NCBI GenBank assembly: GCA_965222375.1
Contig: CBDCTZ010000012.1
Coordinates: forward strand, 416,001 to 480,000
Source of the DNA: Polyangiaceae bacterium
Lineage (GTDB): Bacteria > Myxococcota_A > Polyangia > Polyangiales > Polyangiaceae
Direction of reading: 5' to 3'
Length of the DNA stretch: 64,000 nt
The position numbers and the translations under genes are program-made. Positions within the stretch are counted from its first letter, which is position 1. Each line of letters begins with the position of its first letter. The notes beneath the pieces were generated by a model that worked only from the letters and a program-made list of their open reading frames with translations, made no database searches and was not told the origin of the DNA. Shown here piece by piece: positions 51,898-60,905 of this stretch.

Positions 51898-53319
51898 ATG
51901 AGTTTTCGCCTTCGAGCCGGGATCGCAGCCACGTTGCTCTGTCTGCATCTGCCCGCCGCCCCGGCGGGCGCCCAGTCCGCCGCGGACAAGGCCACCGCTC
52001 GCCAGCTGGCCATCGAGGGGGTCGAGGCGTTCCGCAAGAAGGACTACGCCGGAGCCCTTGGCAAGCTCAGTCGCGCCCAGAACCTCTACGATGCGCCCGT
52101 CCACCTGATCTACATCGCGCGGGCCAGCGCCAGGCTGGGCGAGCTGGTCGAGGCTGCCGAGGCGTACCGAAAGCTCGTGCGCACTCGACTCGGCGCGGAT
52201 GCCCCTGACGCCTTTCGCGAAGCGGTGGAGAACGGAAAAAAGGAGCTGCCGCAGCTCGAACCCCGGATCCCGAAGTTGCGTATCGATGTCGAACCCGCCG
52301 ACATCGAGGGCTTGGAGGTCAAAGTGGGTGAGAGCCAGGTACCCGTTGCCGCGCTGGGCGCGAACCGACCGACCAATCCCGGCGACCTGGTGATAACCGC
52401 TTCAGCGCCCGGGTACACGGAAGGCAAGCAGACCCTGAAGTTGGCGGAAGGGGAAACCAAAGCCGTCAAGCTCGTGCTGGAAGAAAGTGCTGAAGGTGGT
52501 GCCGGTGGCGCAGCCGCTGGCGCCGGGGGAGAGGGCGGTAGCGGAGGCGCCAAGGCTGCAGATCCCGAGGGTCTCGGGTTCGTCTTGAGCTTGCGACTCG
52601 CAGGTGTGACGCCGTCTGGGACGGCGTTTACGACCAACAGCGGCCCACTCGGCGAGACCGAAGTTGCCATGGCGGACCTCTACGGCCCCGGTGGCGGTGC
52701 CGAGATCCGTGGAGGCCTGCGCTTCTTGCGCTACTTCACAGGGCATTTGGTGGCTGGGATCTACCAGGTCAAAAGCGGCGAGGAATTCGACAAGGTCGCC
52801 ACGCCCCTCGACGGCATGGATGCGGAAAGCCAGGCGCGGCTCGCTCAATTTGGTATCGGCGTTGCTGCCGGCTCGGCTCCTGGCAAGTTGGGGGCGTTCG
52901 GCGAGCTGGATCTGATGCTGGTTCACAACTTCACGACCACGCGGAAGCTCGAGGGCTACGAAGGGGACGTGAACAACCCCACCAACCGAGTTAATTGCGA
53001 CGAAGACTGGCTCGCGACCGGCGCAGGCTTCCGAGTAGCCGGGGGCGTCAATATTCCCCTGAGCAGATCCTTCCAGCTGACGCCCATGTTGGGCGTGACG
53101 ATCGCTGGATTCTCGGACCTCACGGTTTCGGGTTGCGAAGACCAACGTACGCCGAAAGATCGCCCCACCTACATATCGGACGGTGGCAAAGCGACGGACT
53201 ACCCGCTCATCGACGGGCTGATCATCGACGGCCAGGAGCGCGAGGGCACGACCCACACCGTGGGCTTTTTGGGTATTGGGGTGGACTGGCTGTTCGGCGC
53301 TGATATCCCATCGAAATAA
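51898..53319 (+). CDS. Secreted TPR + PEGA-like + beta-barrel-like protein
   Basis: Signal peptide, TPR-like ARQLA.EG...F...DY..AL and PEGA-like NPG...ITASAPGY; alternating beta-strand C-terminus. Confidence 0.75.
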   Translation: MSFRLRAGIAATLLCLHLPAAPAGAQSAADKATARQLAIEGVEAFRKKDYAGALGKLSRAQNLYDAPVHLIYIARASARLGELVEAAEAYRKLVRTRLGADAPDAFREAVENGKKELPQLEPRIPKLRIDVEPADIEGLEVKVGESQVPVAALGANRPTNPGDLVITASAPGYTEGKQTLKLAEGETKAVKLVLEESAEGGAGGAAAGAGGEGGSGGAKAADPEGLGFVLSLRLAGVTPSGTAFTTNSGPLGETEVAMADLYGPGGGAEIRGGLRFLRYFTGHLVAGIYQVKSGEEFDKVATPLDGMDAESQARLAQFGIGVAAGSAPGKLGAFGELDLMLVHNFTTTRKLEGYEGDVNNPTNRVNCDEDWLATGAGFRVAGGVNIPLSRSFQLTPMLGVTIAGFSDLTVSGCEDQRTPKDRPTYISDGGKATDYPLIDGLIIDGQEREGTTHTVGFLGIGVDWLFGADIPSK

Positions 53320-53408
53320 TTGAATATTTGGCGGATACAACACGCTGCAACATTTTACAGTTCGGTGACATTCGGCCCTTTTTCGGGTGTTACCCATAAC
53401 CGCAGCGC

Positions 53409-54923
53409 ATGTTGACTCCTCTAGTTGTTCTCTATTTCCTCGTTCTTCTCCTGCTCTGTTGTTACGGCGTGCACCGGGCGCACCTGGTCATCTTGTGCAC
53501 CAAGTACCGCAAGGCTCTCGCAGCTGCAGCCAGGACCATCGCTGTTTCGGATGCAGACTTGCCGAAGGTGACTGTGCAGTTGCCGCTGTACAACGAAGCC
53601 ACCGTGGTGGCTCGGCTGCTCGAAGCCGCCGGCGGAATCGACTATCCGCGGGATCGGCTGGAAGTCCAGGTATTGGATGATTCGAGTGATGAAACCCGCA
53701 GCATTGCCGAAGCTAAAGTGCGTGAGCTTCGCGCGAAGGGCCTGGACATTCACTACGTGCGCCGACCCAATCGTGTGGGCTACAAGGCCGGCGCGTTGGA
53801 GTACGGACTCGCGCGTGCCAAGGGAGAGTTGATCGCGATCTTCGACGCGGACTTCGTACCGCAGCCCGAGTTCCTACGCCAAGTCGTCGGACACTTCAGA
53901 GATCCGAAGGTGGGCATGGTGCAGACCCGTTGGGGCCACATGAATCGGGAGCACAGTTTGCTCACGCGCATCGAGTCCCTGATGTTGGATGGGCACCACC
54001 TCGTGGAGAACCGCGCGCGATTCGGCGCTGGCTTCATGTTCAACTTTTCCGGCACCGGCGGGATTTGGCGGCGGCAGGCTATCGACGACGCTGGCGGCTG
54101 GGAGCACGACACGCTGACGGAGGATCTGGATCTCTCCTACCGCGCCCAGCTCAAAGGCTGGCGCTTCATCTACCGTCCCGACGTGGTCACGCCCGCGGAG
54201 CTGCCTGAAGACATGAGTGCGTTTCGCGCCCAGCAGTATCGTTGGGCCAAGGGAACGGTGCAGACCGCGCGCAAGCTCATGCGCCGGCTCCGCCGTGCAC
54301 CGCTCACTCGCGGTCAGCGTATCGAGGCAGCGTTCCATTTGACGCCCCACTTCGCCTACCCGCTGATGATGATGCTTAGCGTTTTGCTCCTGCCAGCGCT
54401 GATCTTGATGCCTGCTACAGACGTCAAGACCATGCTGATCATCGACTTGCCGCTGTGTATTGGAGCAACAGGATCAATCGTCACCTTCTACATGATGGCG
54501 GACCATGCCCAGGGGCGCTCCGCTCTGGGTGCACTCAAGCGCATCCCTGGGCTGATCGCGCTGGGTGCTGGCCTCTCCCCCCATCTGACCAAGGCAGTGG
54601 TGGAAGGTATGCGCAGCATGTCTGGCGAGTTCGTCCGCACACCCAAGAAAGGCGTGGTTGCCGGCCGGTACCGTCAGTCCGCGCAGCTGCCGTGGATTGA
54701 GATCGGGCTGACGATGCTGTCGTTGGCGAGCGTGGTTGCATCGATTCAGACCAACCATTGGTTCGCCACGCCCTTTGCCGGCCTGTTCATGTTTGGCTAC
54801 GGATACGTCGCATCTTCCGTCACGCGAGAGCAGTTGGCGCAGCGCCGGGCCGAGCGCATCAGCGGGGTGCCCGCGGAAGTCAGCAAGATCGAGCAGCCCG
54901 CCCCAGTGGCCCGGGCGGCCTGA
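53409..54923 (+). CDS. Processive GT2 glycosyltransferase (cellulose synthase-like, CslA-type)
   Basis: VTVQLPLYNE, LDDSSD, GYKAGAL, IFDADF, TED.DL and QQYRW (QxxRW); multiple TM segments. Confidence 0.92.
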   Translation: MLTPLVVLYFLVLLLLCCYGVHRAHLVILCTKYRKALAAAARTIAVSDADLPKVTVQLPLYNEATVVARLLEAAGGIDYPRDRLEVQVLDDSSDETRSIAEAKVRELRAKGLDIHYVRRPNRVGYKAGALEYGLARAKGELIAIFDADFVPQPEFLRQVVGHFRDPKVGMVQTRWGHMNREHSLLTRIESLMLDGHHLVENRARFGAGFMFNFSGTGGIWRRQAIDDAGGWEHDTLTEDLDLSYRAQLKGWRFIYRPDVVTPAELPEDMSAFRAQQYRWAKGTVQTARKLMRRLRRAPLTRGQRIEAAFHLTPHFAYPLMMMLSVLLLPALILMPATDVKTMLIIDLPLCIGATGSIVTFYMMADHAQGRSALGALKRIPGLIALGAGLSPHLTKAVVEGMRSMSGEFVRTPKKGVVAGRYRQSAQLPWIEIGLTMLSLASVVASIQTNHWFATPFAGLFMFGYGYVASSVTREQLAQRRAERISGVPAEVSKIEQPAPVARAA

Positions 54924-54932
54924 GGCCCCCTC

Positions 54933-54958
54933 GGGAGGCCCCGAAAACCCGGCCTCCC
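54933..54958 (+). terminator. GC-rich hairpin downstream of the GT2 gene
   Basis: GGGAGGCC / GGCCTCCC perfect 8-bp stem, 10 nt after the stop; no U-tract. Confidence 0.3.
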
Positions 54959-55103
54959 CGGCGCCTGTGCGAGCCTGCTCAGGTGTTCCCCGCCAGCTGG
55001 GAATTCCGGTGGACTTTTCGGGGCTTGGCTGTACCATGGCGGTAGCTTGAGGCTGCTCCTGAGGTGGCCTGGGCCCAACCCGTAGCGCAGTGAAGGGGGC
55101 CTG

Positions 55104-55412
55104 ATGACCAAGGCCGATATCGTCAACGCGGTCTACACCCGCCTCGGTGGTTTTTCGAAGAAAGAGTCGGCAGATCTGGTGGATCTGGTTTTCGAGACCA
55201 TGAAAGAGACCTTGGGCCGGGGGGAAAAGATCAAGATATCAGGCTTCGGCAATTTCGTGCTGCGGGACAAGCGCCAGCGCCAGGGGCGCAATCCCCAGAC
55301 GGGTCAGCCCATCAGTATCTCCGCCCGCCGCGTATTGAACTTCAAGGCCAGCCAGCTCCTGAAGCAGGCGCTGAACGACACGCCTGCCACTCCAGGGAAC
55401 TCGGGGGAGTAA
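55104..55412 (+). CDS. ihfA: Integration host factor alpha subunit
   Basis: MTKADIV, KISGFGNF.LRDK..R.GRNPQTG and I.ARRV..FK.S..LK. Confidence 0.92.
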   Translation: MTKADIVNAVYTRLGGFSKKESADLVDLVFETMKETLGRGEKIKISGFGNFVLRDKRQRQGRNPQTGQPISISARRVLNFKASQLLKQALNDTPATPGNSGE

Positions 55413-55415
55413 CCC

Positions 55416-55778
55416 TTGGCGGGTCCGCGCAAGCTCCCAGTCAAGCTCTATTACCGCATCGGCGAGGTTGCGGAGATCGTAGGCGTGGAGCCGCACGTGC
55501 TTCGCTACTGGGAGACGGAGTTCCGGACCATTCGGCCCCAGAAGTCTCGCAAGGGGCAGCGCATCTACTCGCGCCGAGATGTCGAGAAGCTCTTGAACGT
55601 CAAGGACTTGCTCTACACCCACGGTTTCACGATTGCCGGGGCTCGAAAGCAGCTCCGGGTGGGCGCTGTCGGCGCCTCCCCCGCCTCGTCTTCAGACCCC
55701 AAAACCCGCACGGGTTTGCTGGAGCTGAAAAAAGAGGTGGAGGCCATGTTGGCGGAACTTGCCGCGTCCAATAGCTGA
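55416..55778 (+). CDS. MerR-family regulator (type usually found after ihfA)
   Basis: KLYYRIGEV...[18 protein letters not shown] and [11 protein letters not shown]. Confidence 0.9.
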   Translation: MAGPRKLPVKLYYRIGEVAEIVGVEPHVLRYWETEFRTIRPQKSRKGQRIYSRRDVEKLLNVKDLLYTHGFTIAGARKQLRVGAVGASPASSSDPKTRTGLLELKKEVEAMLAELAASNS

Positions 55779-55869
55779 GCTAGGAGGACAGGCAATGTCA
55801 GTGGAGCGCTTGACGCGCTGCGTGGGGTCGTTCATGTCACCCCTCAGCCCCACCCTTTGAGGAGAGCAA

Positions 55870-56346
55870 ATGGCAGAAGGTCTCAATCGCGTGATGTTGC
55901 TCGGCAACCTCGGTGCCGATCCCGAATTGCGCATGACGAGCGGCGGTCAGTCCGTGCTGAAAATGCGCCTGGCCACGTCGGAAACATATTTCGATCGCAA
56001 CCGTGTCAAGCAGGAGCGCACTGAGTGGCACAACGTTGTCGTTTGGGGCAAGCGCGCGGAGGCACTCGGCAAGTTCCTGACCAAGGGTTCACGGTTGTTC
56101 GTCGAAGGCGGGCTGCGTACTTCCAACTACGAAGACCGAGACGGCAACAAACGATACCGGACGGAAATCGTCGCCAACAACATTATCCTCTCCGGCGGTG
56201 GCCGCGGTGGTGGTGGCGGCGGCGGCGGTGGCGGTGGCTCCCGAGGAGACGACTACGGCGCCCCAGACAGCAGCGGCGGCCACAGCGGTGGCGGCGGATT
56301 TGACGACGCGGACTACGGCGGCGGTGACGACGACATCCCGTTCTGA
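55870..56346 (+). CDS. ssb: Single-stranded DNA-binding protein
   Basis: LNRVMLLGNLGADPE, TEWH.VV.WG, Gly-rich tail and C-terminal DDDIPF; GAGGAG RBS. Confidence 0.98.
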   Translation: MAEGLNRVMLLGNLGADPELRMTSGGQSVLKMRLATSETYFDRNRVKQERTEWHNVVVWGKRAEALGKFLTKGSRLFVEGGLRTSNYEDRDGNKRYRTEIVANNIILSGGGRGGGGGGGGGGGSRGDDYGAPDSSGGHSGGGGFDDADYGGGDDDIPF

Positions 56347-58099
56347 GCGAGGCCGCCAGCGTCGCCAGCGCACGGTCGGGTTGTTGCTCGCTGCCGCGGT
56401 TGCGACGGGGTGCTCCAGCTGCAGCGACTCGGCGTCGGGTCCCGCGGCATCTGCGTCCGCAGTCGCCGTGGATATGGCACCGGTGCCCGAGCCCAAGGGC
56501 CTGGTTGCGGAGTTCTACGTTTCGACTCCTGCCGCGACGTGGAAGCAGGCCCGGGATGCAGCCGGGATCGCGCTCTTGCCCCGAAACTACGGCGTCCTGC
56601 TCACGACGGTCCTCGGACTGCCCCCCATTGTCGCGGACGCCTTCGATGAATCCGCGACCACGACCGGGGCGGCCGTCCTGGACGACAAGTCGGAATGGCA
56701 AGCCGTGGTGGGAGCGAAACTCAGCAGCGGTCGCGAGCTCATCGCGCGGCTGACCACCGGTGGCAAAGCCGCCTACGATGAGCGCAAAGATCCCTCGGGC
56801 ATCGTTTACCTCCAGCCCAAACCCGGCAAGGCGTCGACGGAGATTGCCCTCGCAGTCTTGGGTAACAGACTTCTCGTGGCTCGAGACGCGGCCGCGATTG
56901 GCCTGGTGGGGCCCTACGTTGCCAAGACGCTGCCGACCAAGAAGCCGCCCGGACCCGGCGTGGTCATGCATGTGCCCAAGAAGGCGTTGAGTGGCCCACT
57001 AGCCGCGGAGCTCAAGAAGCGGTGGAAGACCCTCAAAACGGATCTGACCAAGCGTGACCAGGCCAATCGCAAGAAGCACGGTGGCCGCGCTCCGGACTTC
57101 GGCGACCCCCAGGCGGCCATGAGTGTGATGGCTTCCAATGTCGCGGGCTGGGTCGAGATGCTGGAGCATGCGGAACGCGCTCAGCTGAGGCTGCTCAGCG
57201 AGAAGGATGCGTTGCGCCTACGGCTGGAGGTGGACCCCGGCAAGAAGTCTGAACTCAAGGACTGGGTTCGAGGGCTGGCCGTAGGTGACGCGTCACCCTT
57301 GCTTCACCTACCTCAGGGCGCCGCGGTAGGGGTCATCGCGCGGTCGTCACCCGAACAGCGGCGCGCCAGTGCCAAGTCCACGGCCGCGTCTTTGGCCAAG
57401 ATGTTTGGGGACCGACTCAAGCCAGCGCAGCAAGAGCGTGTCGAGAAGGCGCTGGCAGAGCTGGCCGAGTCGCGGGGAGACGAAGCGTTGTTCGGCTTCG
57501 TTCGGGCGCCCACGGCCGGCCTCGTGTATCGAGGTACGAGCGCCGATCAGAAGCGGTTCGACGCTGCCACGAAGAACCTGGTCGGCCTGCTCCGGCTCAA
57601 CGCCTTCAAAGAACCGATCAACCAATTCGTGGGCGCATTCACCGTCAAGCACAGCACGACCAAAATCGTCGGACTGGAAAACAAGGCCCACCGTGTTCTG
57701 TTCACAATCAAGCCGAGCGGAATGCGCATGGCCAAGGACCCAAAGGGGCAGGTCTCGGCAGCGCCGCAGCCCATCGAGTTGCTGTGGACCGAATCTGGCG
57801 GAATCACTTACGGCGCTATGACCCAAGACGCGCCGCCGCTCTTGATCGCGATGGTTGCGACGGAGCCCGCCAAAAGCTGGGCGGGATTGCCACAGGTGGG
57901 CACCCGATTGAAGAAGATCGGCAAAGGAGCGAGCTTCGTGGTGGCCGCGCGACCTCAAATCCTGCTGGGTAACGCGCCCGCCAATTCGGCCGGGCTGGCC
58001 ACTGTTGCAGTGGGGCGCGAGAGCGGACTCGGCGTCATGAATCTCACGGTGGATCGTGCGGCCCTGGGCTTCTTCGTGCAGCGCGCCATGACTCAGTAG
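56324..58099 (+). CDS. Hypothetical lipoprotein
   Basis: Probable GTG start overlapping the ssb 3' end (MTTTSRSERGRQRRQRTVGLLLAAAVATGC lipobox); long ORF with native codon bias. Confidence 0.7.
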   Translation: MTTTSRSERGRQRRQRTVGLLLAAAVATGCSSCSDSASGPAASASAVAVDMAPVPEPKGLVAEFYVSTPAATWKQARDAAGIALLPRNYGVLLTTVLGLPPIVADAFDESATTTGAAVLDDKSEWQAVVGAKLSSGRELIARLTTGGKAAYDERKDPSGIVYLQPKPGKASTEIALAVLGNRLLVARDAAAIGLVGPYVAKTLPTKKPPGPGVVMHVPKKALSGPLAAELKKRWKTLKTDLTKRDQANRKKHGGRAPDFGDPQAAMSVMASNVAGWVEMLEHAERAQLRLLSEKDALRLRLEVDPGKKSELKDWVRGLAVGDASPLLHLPQGAAVGVIARSSPEQRRASAKSTAASLAKMFGDRLKPAQQERVEKALAELAESRGDEALFGFVRAPTAGLVYRGTSADQKRFDAATKNLVGLLRLNAFKEPINQFVGAFTVKHSTTKIVGLENKAHRVLFTIKPSGMRMAKDPKGQVSAAPQPIELLWTESGGITYGAMTQDAPPLLIAMVATEPAKSWAGLPQVGTRLKKIGKGASFVVAARPQILLGNAPANSAGLATVAVGRESGLGVMNLTVDRAALGFFVQRAMTQ

Positions 58100-58200
58100 C
58101 GGCGTCCGAGCATCTGCGCCAGGTGGTGGACTCCACAGGCTTTTTGCAAGCCCGGGGATGGCCGCCTACAGCGCAGCGGAAGTTCAAGTAAGATGGTGTT

Positions 58201-59766
58201 ATGAACCGTCACGGTCGAAGGACGCTTGCCCGATGGGTTTGTCTTCTAGTTGTTGTCGGGTTCGCAATCGTGGCGTGCGGCCGGACTCCCTTCGAGGACG
58301 AATTCGCTCAGCCCGGTGAGGATGGTGGCGCAGGTGTCAGCGGTACCGGCGCGGTCGGCGTGGGCGGCACGGGCGCGGCTGGCACCGGCGGGACGGCCGG
58401 CACGGGGGCTGTAGCGACCGGCGGCAGTGGAGGGACAGGAGCTGTCGGAACCGGGGGAAGCGGTACCGGAGGCAGTGGAGGCAATCCTGGATGCGGTCCG
58501 TGTCAGGGTTGCTGCGACTCGACCGGCGTGTGCCGCCCAGGGACCGATCTCAACGCTTGCGGACTCGGCGGCGTCGAGTGCTTCAACTGTGGAGCCCTCG
58601 GGTTCGCTTGCATCGGTGGTGCTTGCGAAGGCAAGCCGCCCCCCTGCGGTCCTGGCACCTGCAACGGTTGTTGTGACGCCAAGGGTCAGTGCCAGTTCGG
58701 TGACAAGGCGGATGCGTGTGGCTTGGGTGGGGTCAAGTGCGACAGTTGTGTGTCGAAGGGTCAGAGCTGCATCGGAGGCAAGTGTCAGGGGCCGCCTCCG
58801 ACTTGTGGGCCCAAGACCTGTGGCGGCTGCTGCAACGCCCAAGGCAAGTGCGTGCCCGGCACGTCCGCAGGGTCCTGCGGGGCGGGTGGAACCAAGTGTG
58901 AGAACTGCACCACCGGAGGAAAGATCTGCAATCAACCGGGCAGCTACTGCGCCTTCCTGCCGTCCTGCGGCTCCGTGACCTGCCCGACTGGCTGTTGTGA
59001 TGCCAGTGGCACCTGTCAGGACGGACGAAAGAACAACGCCTGCGGCTCGACGGGCGCCAAGTGCACCAACTGCACTGCTTCCGGCCAGAGCTGTGCACCG
59101 CAGGGGTTCTGCTACTCCGGCACCCACTGCGGGCCGGACAACTGTGCCGGATGCTGCACCGCGACCGGGCAGTGCATCAGCGGAGCCTCCAGCTTCCAAT
59201 GCGGCCAGTTCGGGCAGTTGTGTGACAACTGCCTGGCCAAGGGCCAGAGTTGCGTCGCCCAAACGTGCTCTAGTGGTTCGACCTGCCCGGCGGCCTATCC
59301 GGGCTGTTCGCCCACGGCGAACACAACGCCGCCGGTTGCAGCCAAGGCGTGCGCCTCCGCAGACATCTCCTTGCTTGCAACGGCTTGTTCCGGAAGCGCA
59401 AGCGGATGCAATTCGGCGTTTCAGCAGATCTTCCAAAAGAACCCGAGCTGTTATGACTGCATGCTGCAATTCGTTGGGGACGACGCCTACACGCGCTGCC
59501 TGGCGCCTTACCTAAGCCCGAACTGCAACCATGATCTGACGTGCGCTGTTCGCTGTGGTAACACGGCTTGTGGCGATTGCTCGCCGTCGGCGCAGGACTC
59601 TTGCCAAACCCAGGTGTTCGGCCAAGGAGGGGAGTGCCAGTCCTGGGTCAACGGATACTTCTGTGCAGAAGCGGCACTCTCAGGCCCGGCGGTGTTCTGC
59701 GACTTCAACGGCGATTCCGGTAGTTGGATCAAGTCGGTGGGTTCGCACTACTGCGGCAATTTCTGA
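58201..59766 (+). CDS. Cys-rich repeat lipoprotein
   Basis: Lipobox IVACG, Gly linker, five repeats of about 53 aa with 10 Cys each, and a Cys-rich helical C-terminal domain. Confidence 0.85.
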   Translation: MNRHGRRTLARWVCLLVVVGFAIVACGRTPFEDEFAQPGEDGGAGVSGTGAVGVGGTGAAGTGGTAGTGAVATGGSGGTGAVGTGGSGTGGSGGNPGCGPCQGCCDSTGVCRPGTDLNACGLGGVECFNCGALGFACIGGACEGKPPPCGPGTCNGCCDAKGQCQFGDKADACGLGGVKCDSCVSKGQSCIGGKCQGPPPTCGPKTCGGCCNAQGKCVPGTSAGSCGAGGTKCENCTTGGKICNQPGSYCAFLPSCGSVTCPTGCCDASGTCQDGRKNNACGSTGAKCTNCTASGQSCAPQGFCYSGTHCGPDNCAGCCTATGQCISGASSFQCGQFGQLCDNCLAKGQSCVAQTCSSGSTCPAAYPGCSPTANTTPPVAAKACASADISLLATACSGSASGCNSAFQQIFQKNPSCYDCMLQFVGDDAYTRCLAPYLSPNCNHDLTCAVRCGNTACGDCSPSAQDSCQTQVFGQGGECQSWVNGYFCAEAALSGPAVFCDFNGDSGSWIKSVGSHYCGNF

Positions 59767-59769
59767 GTC

Positions 59770-60897
59770 ATGGCTCGCGCACCCCGGTCCAATCAAGTCC
59801 TGGTCACGGGGTTTCCGAGTTTTCGCGGTCGCAAGGTGGTGGAGCATATTCTTCAAACGGACGCGACGACGGAGGTAGTCGCGATCGTAAAGGACAAGTT
59901 CCGCCCGACGGCAGAAGCATTCCTGAAGGCGTTGCCGCCGGCGCAGCGCAAACGGCTCAGCCTACTGGCCGGGGACGCTGCGGCAATGGAGTTCGGGCTC
60001 AGCGGCGCGGAGTACAACGAACTGGCGGGCTCAGTTCGAAGTCTCTTCCATGTTGCTCAGGTCACCTACCCGGCTGCAGATCGCGATATGGCCGAGTCCG
60101 TCAACCTGGGCGGCGCTCGAGAGACCATCGAGTTTGCGAAGCACGCTCGTCGCCTCGATTCCGCGATGGTTTTCTCAAGCGCGAGCGTCAGCGGCACGCG
60201 CACAGGGTTGGTTCGAGAGACCGAGCTGAATCGCGGGCAGAGCTTCCGTACGCCGGTGGAAGCGTCCTTGGCCAGGGCCGAGAAGTTCTTATCTCGCTAC
60301 TCGGACCGGCTCCCCATTACTGTGGTGCGGCCCACACAGATCGTGGGGGACTCGCGGACCGGCGAGGTGGACCGCCTGGCAGGCCCGTACATGCTGATCC
60401 TGCTCATCGTGAGCTCCCCCCAAGAGCTTCCCGTGCCGCTGCCAACTCGCGGTGACGCGCCGATGAACCTCGTGCCCATCGACTACGTCGTGGAAGCCGC
60501 GTGGCGAATCATCCAGGACCCCCGCGCTCGTGGGCGGACGTTCCACTTGGCGGATCCTCGTCCCTTGTCCGTGCGCCGGGTCTTCGAACTGGTCGCCAAT
60601 GCCGGTGGCAAGCGTTTGCCGGGGGGGTTCATTCCAACGGGGGTCAGCCGAGCCGTGCTCAGCGCACCGGGAATGAGTTCCATTGGCAAGAGCCCCAAGG
60701 CCCTGGTGGACTTGCTCTCCACGCCCGTGCGTTACGATACTTCCGGGGCAGACGCGATCTTGGGCAAGGGCAAACTGACGTGTCCTCCCTTCGAGGAGTA
60801 CGTGGATGCGTTGGTGGCGTACGTTAAACGGCGAGTTCAGGACCGCCGCATCCGCGAGCAAACGCCCCAAGAAGATGTCGAAGACGCCTGGCTGTGA
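59770..60897 (+). CDS. Extended SDR / thioester-reductase-like protein with degenerate catalytic motifs
   Basis: VLVTGFPSFRG, GD.....FGL, VNL.G, SSASVSG.R.G, VVRP..IVGDS.TGE and NLVPIDYV. Confidence 0.82.
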   Translation: MARAPRSNQVLVTGFPSFRGRKVVEHILQTDATTEVVAIVKDKFRPTAEAFLKALPPAQRKRLSLLAGDAAAMEFGLSGAEYNELAGSVRSLFHVAQVTYPAADRDMAESVNLGGARETIEFAKHARRLDSAMVFSSASVSGTRTGLVRETELNRGQSFRTPVEASLARAEKFLSRYSDRLPITVVRPTQIVGDSRTGEVDRLAGPYMLILLIVSSPQELPVPLPTRGDAPMNLVPIDYVVEAAWRIIQDPRARGRTFHLADPRPLSVRRVFELVANAGGKRLPGGFIPTGVSRAVLSAPGMSSIGKSPKALVDLLSTPVRYDTSGADAILGKGKLTCPPFEEYVDALVAYVKRRVQDRRIREQTPQEDVEDAWL

Positions 60898-60905
60898 TAG
60901 GCGGA

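Noticed and set aside
54938..55024. 10-bp inverted repeat (GCCCCGAAAA/TTTTCGGGGC) competing with the hairpin at 54933-54958, considered as a riboswitch or ncRNA
   Set aside because: No recognisable RNA family motif, and the likely ihfA -10 (TACCAT near 55032) lies downstream, so it would fall outside the leader.
55810..55840. Possible LexA box upstream of ssb (CTGCGTGGGGTCGTTCAT)
   Set aside because: The spacing is 2 nt too long and the end is GTTCAT; not supportable.
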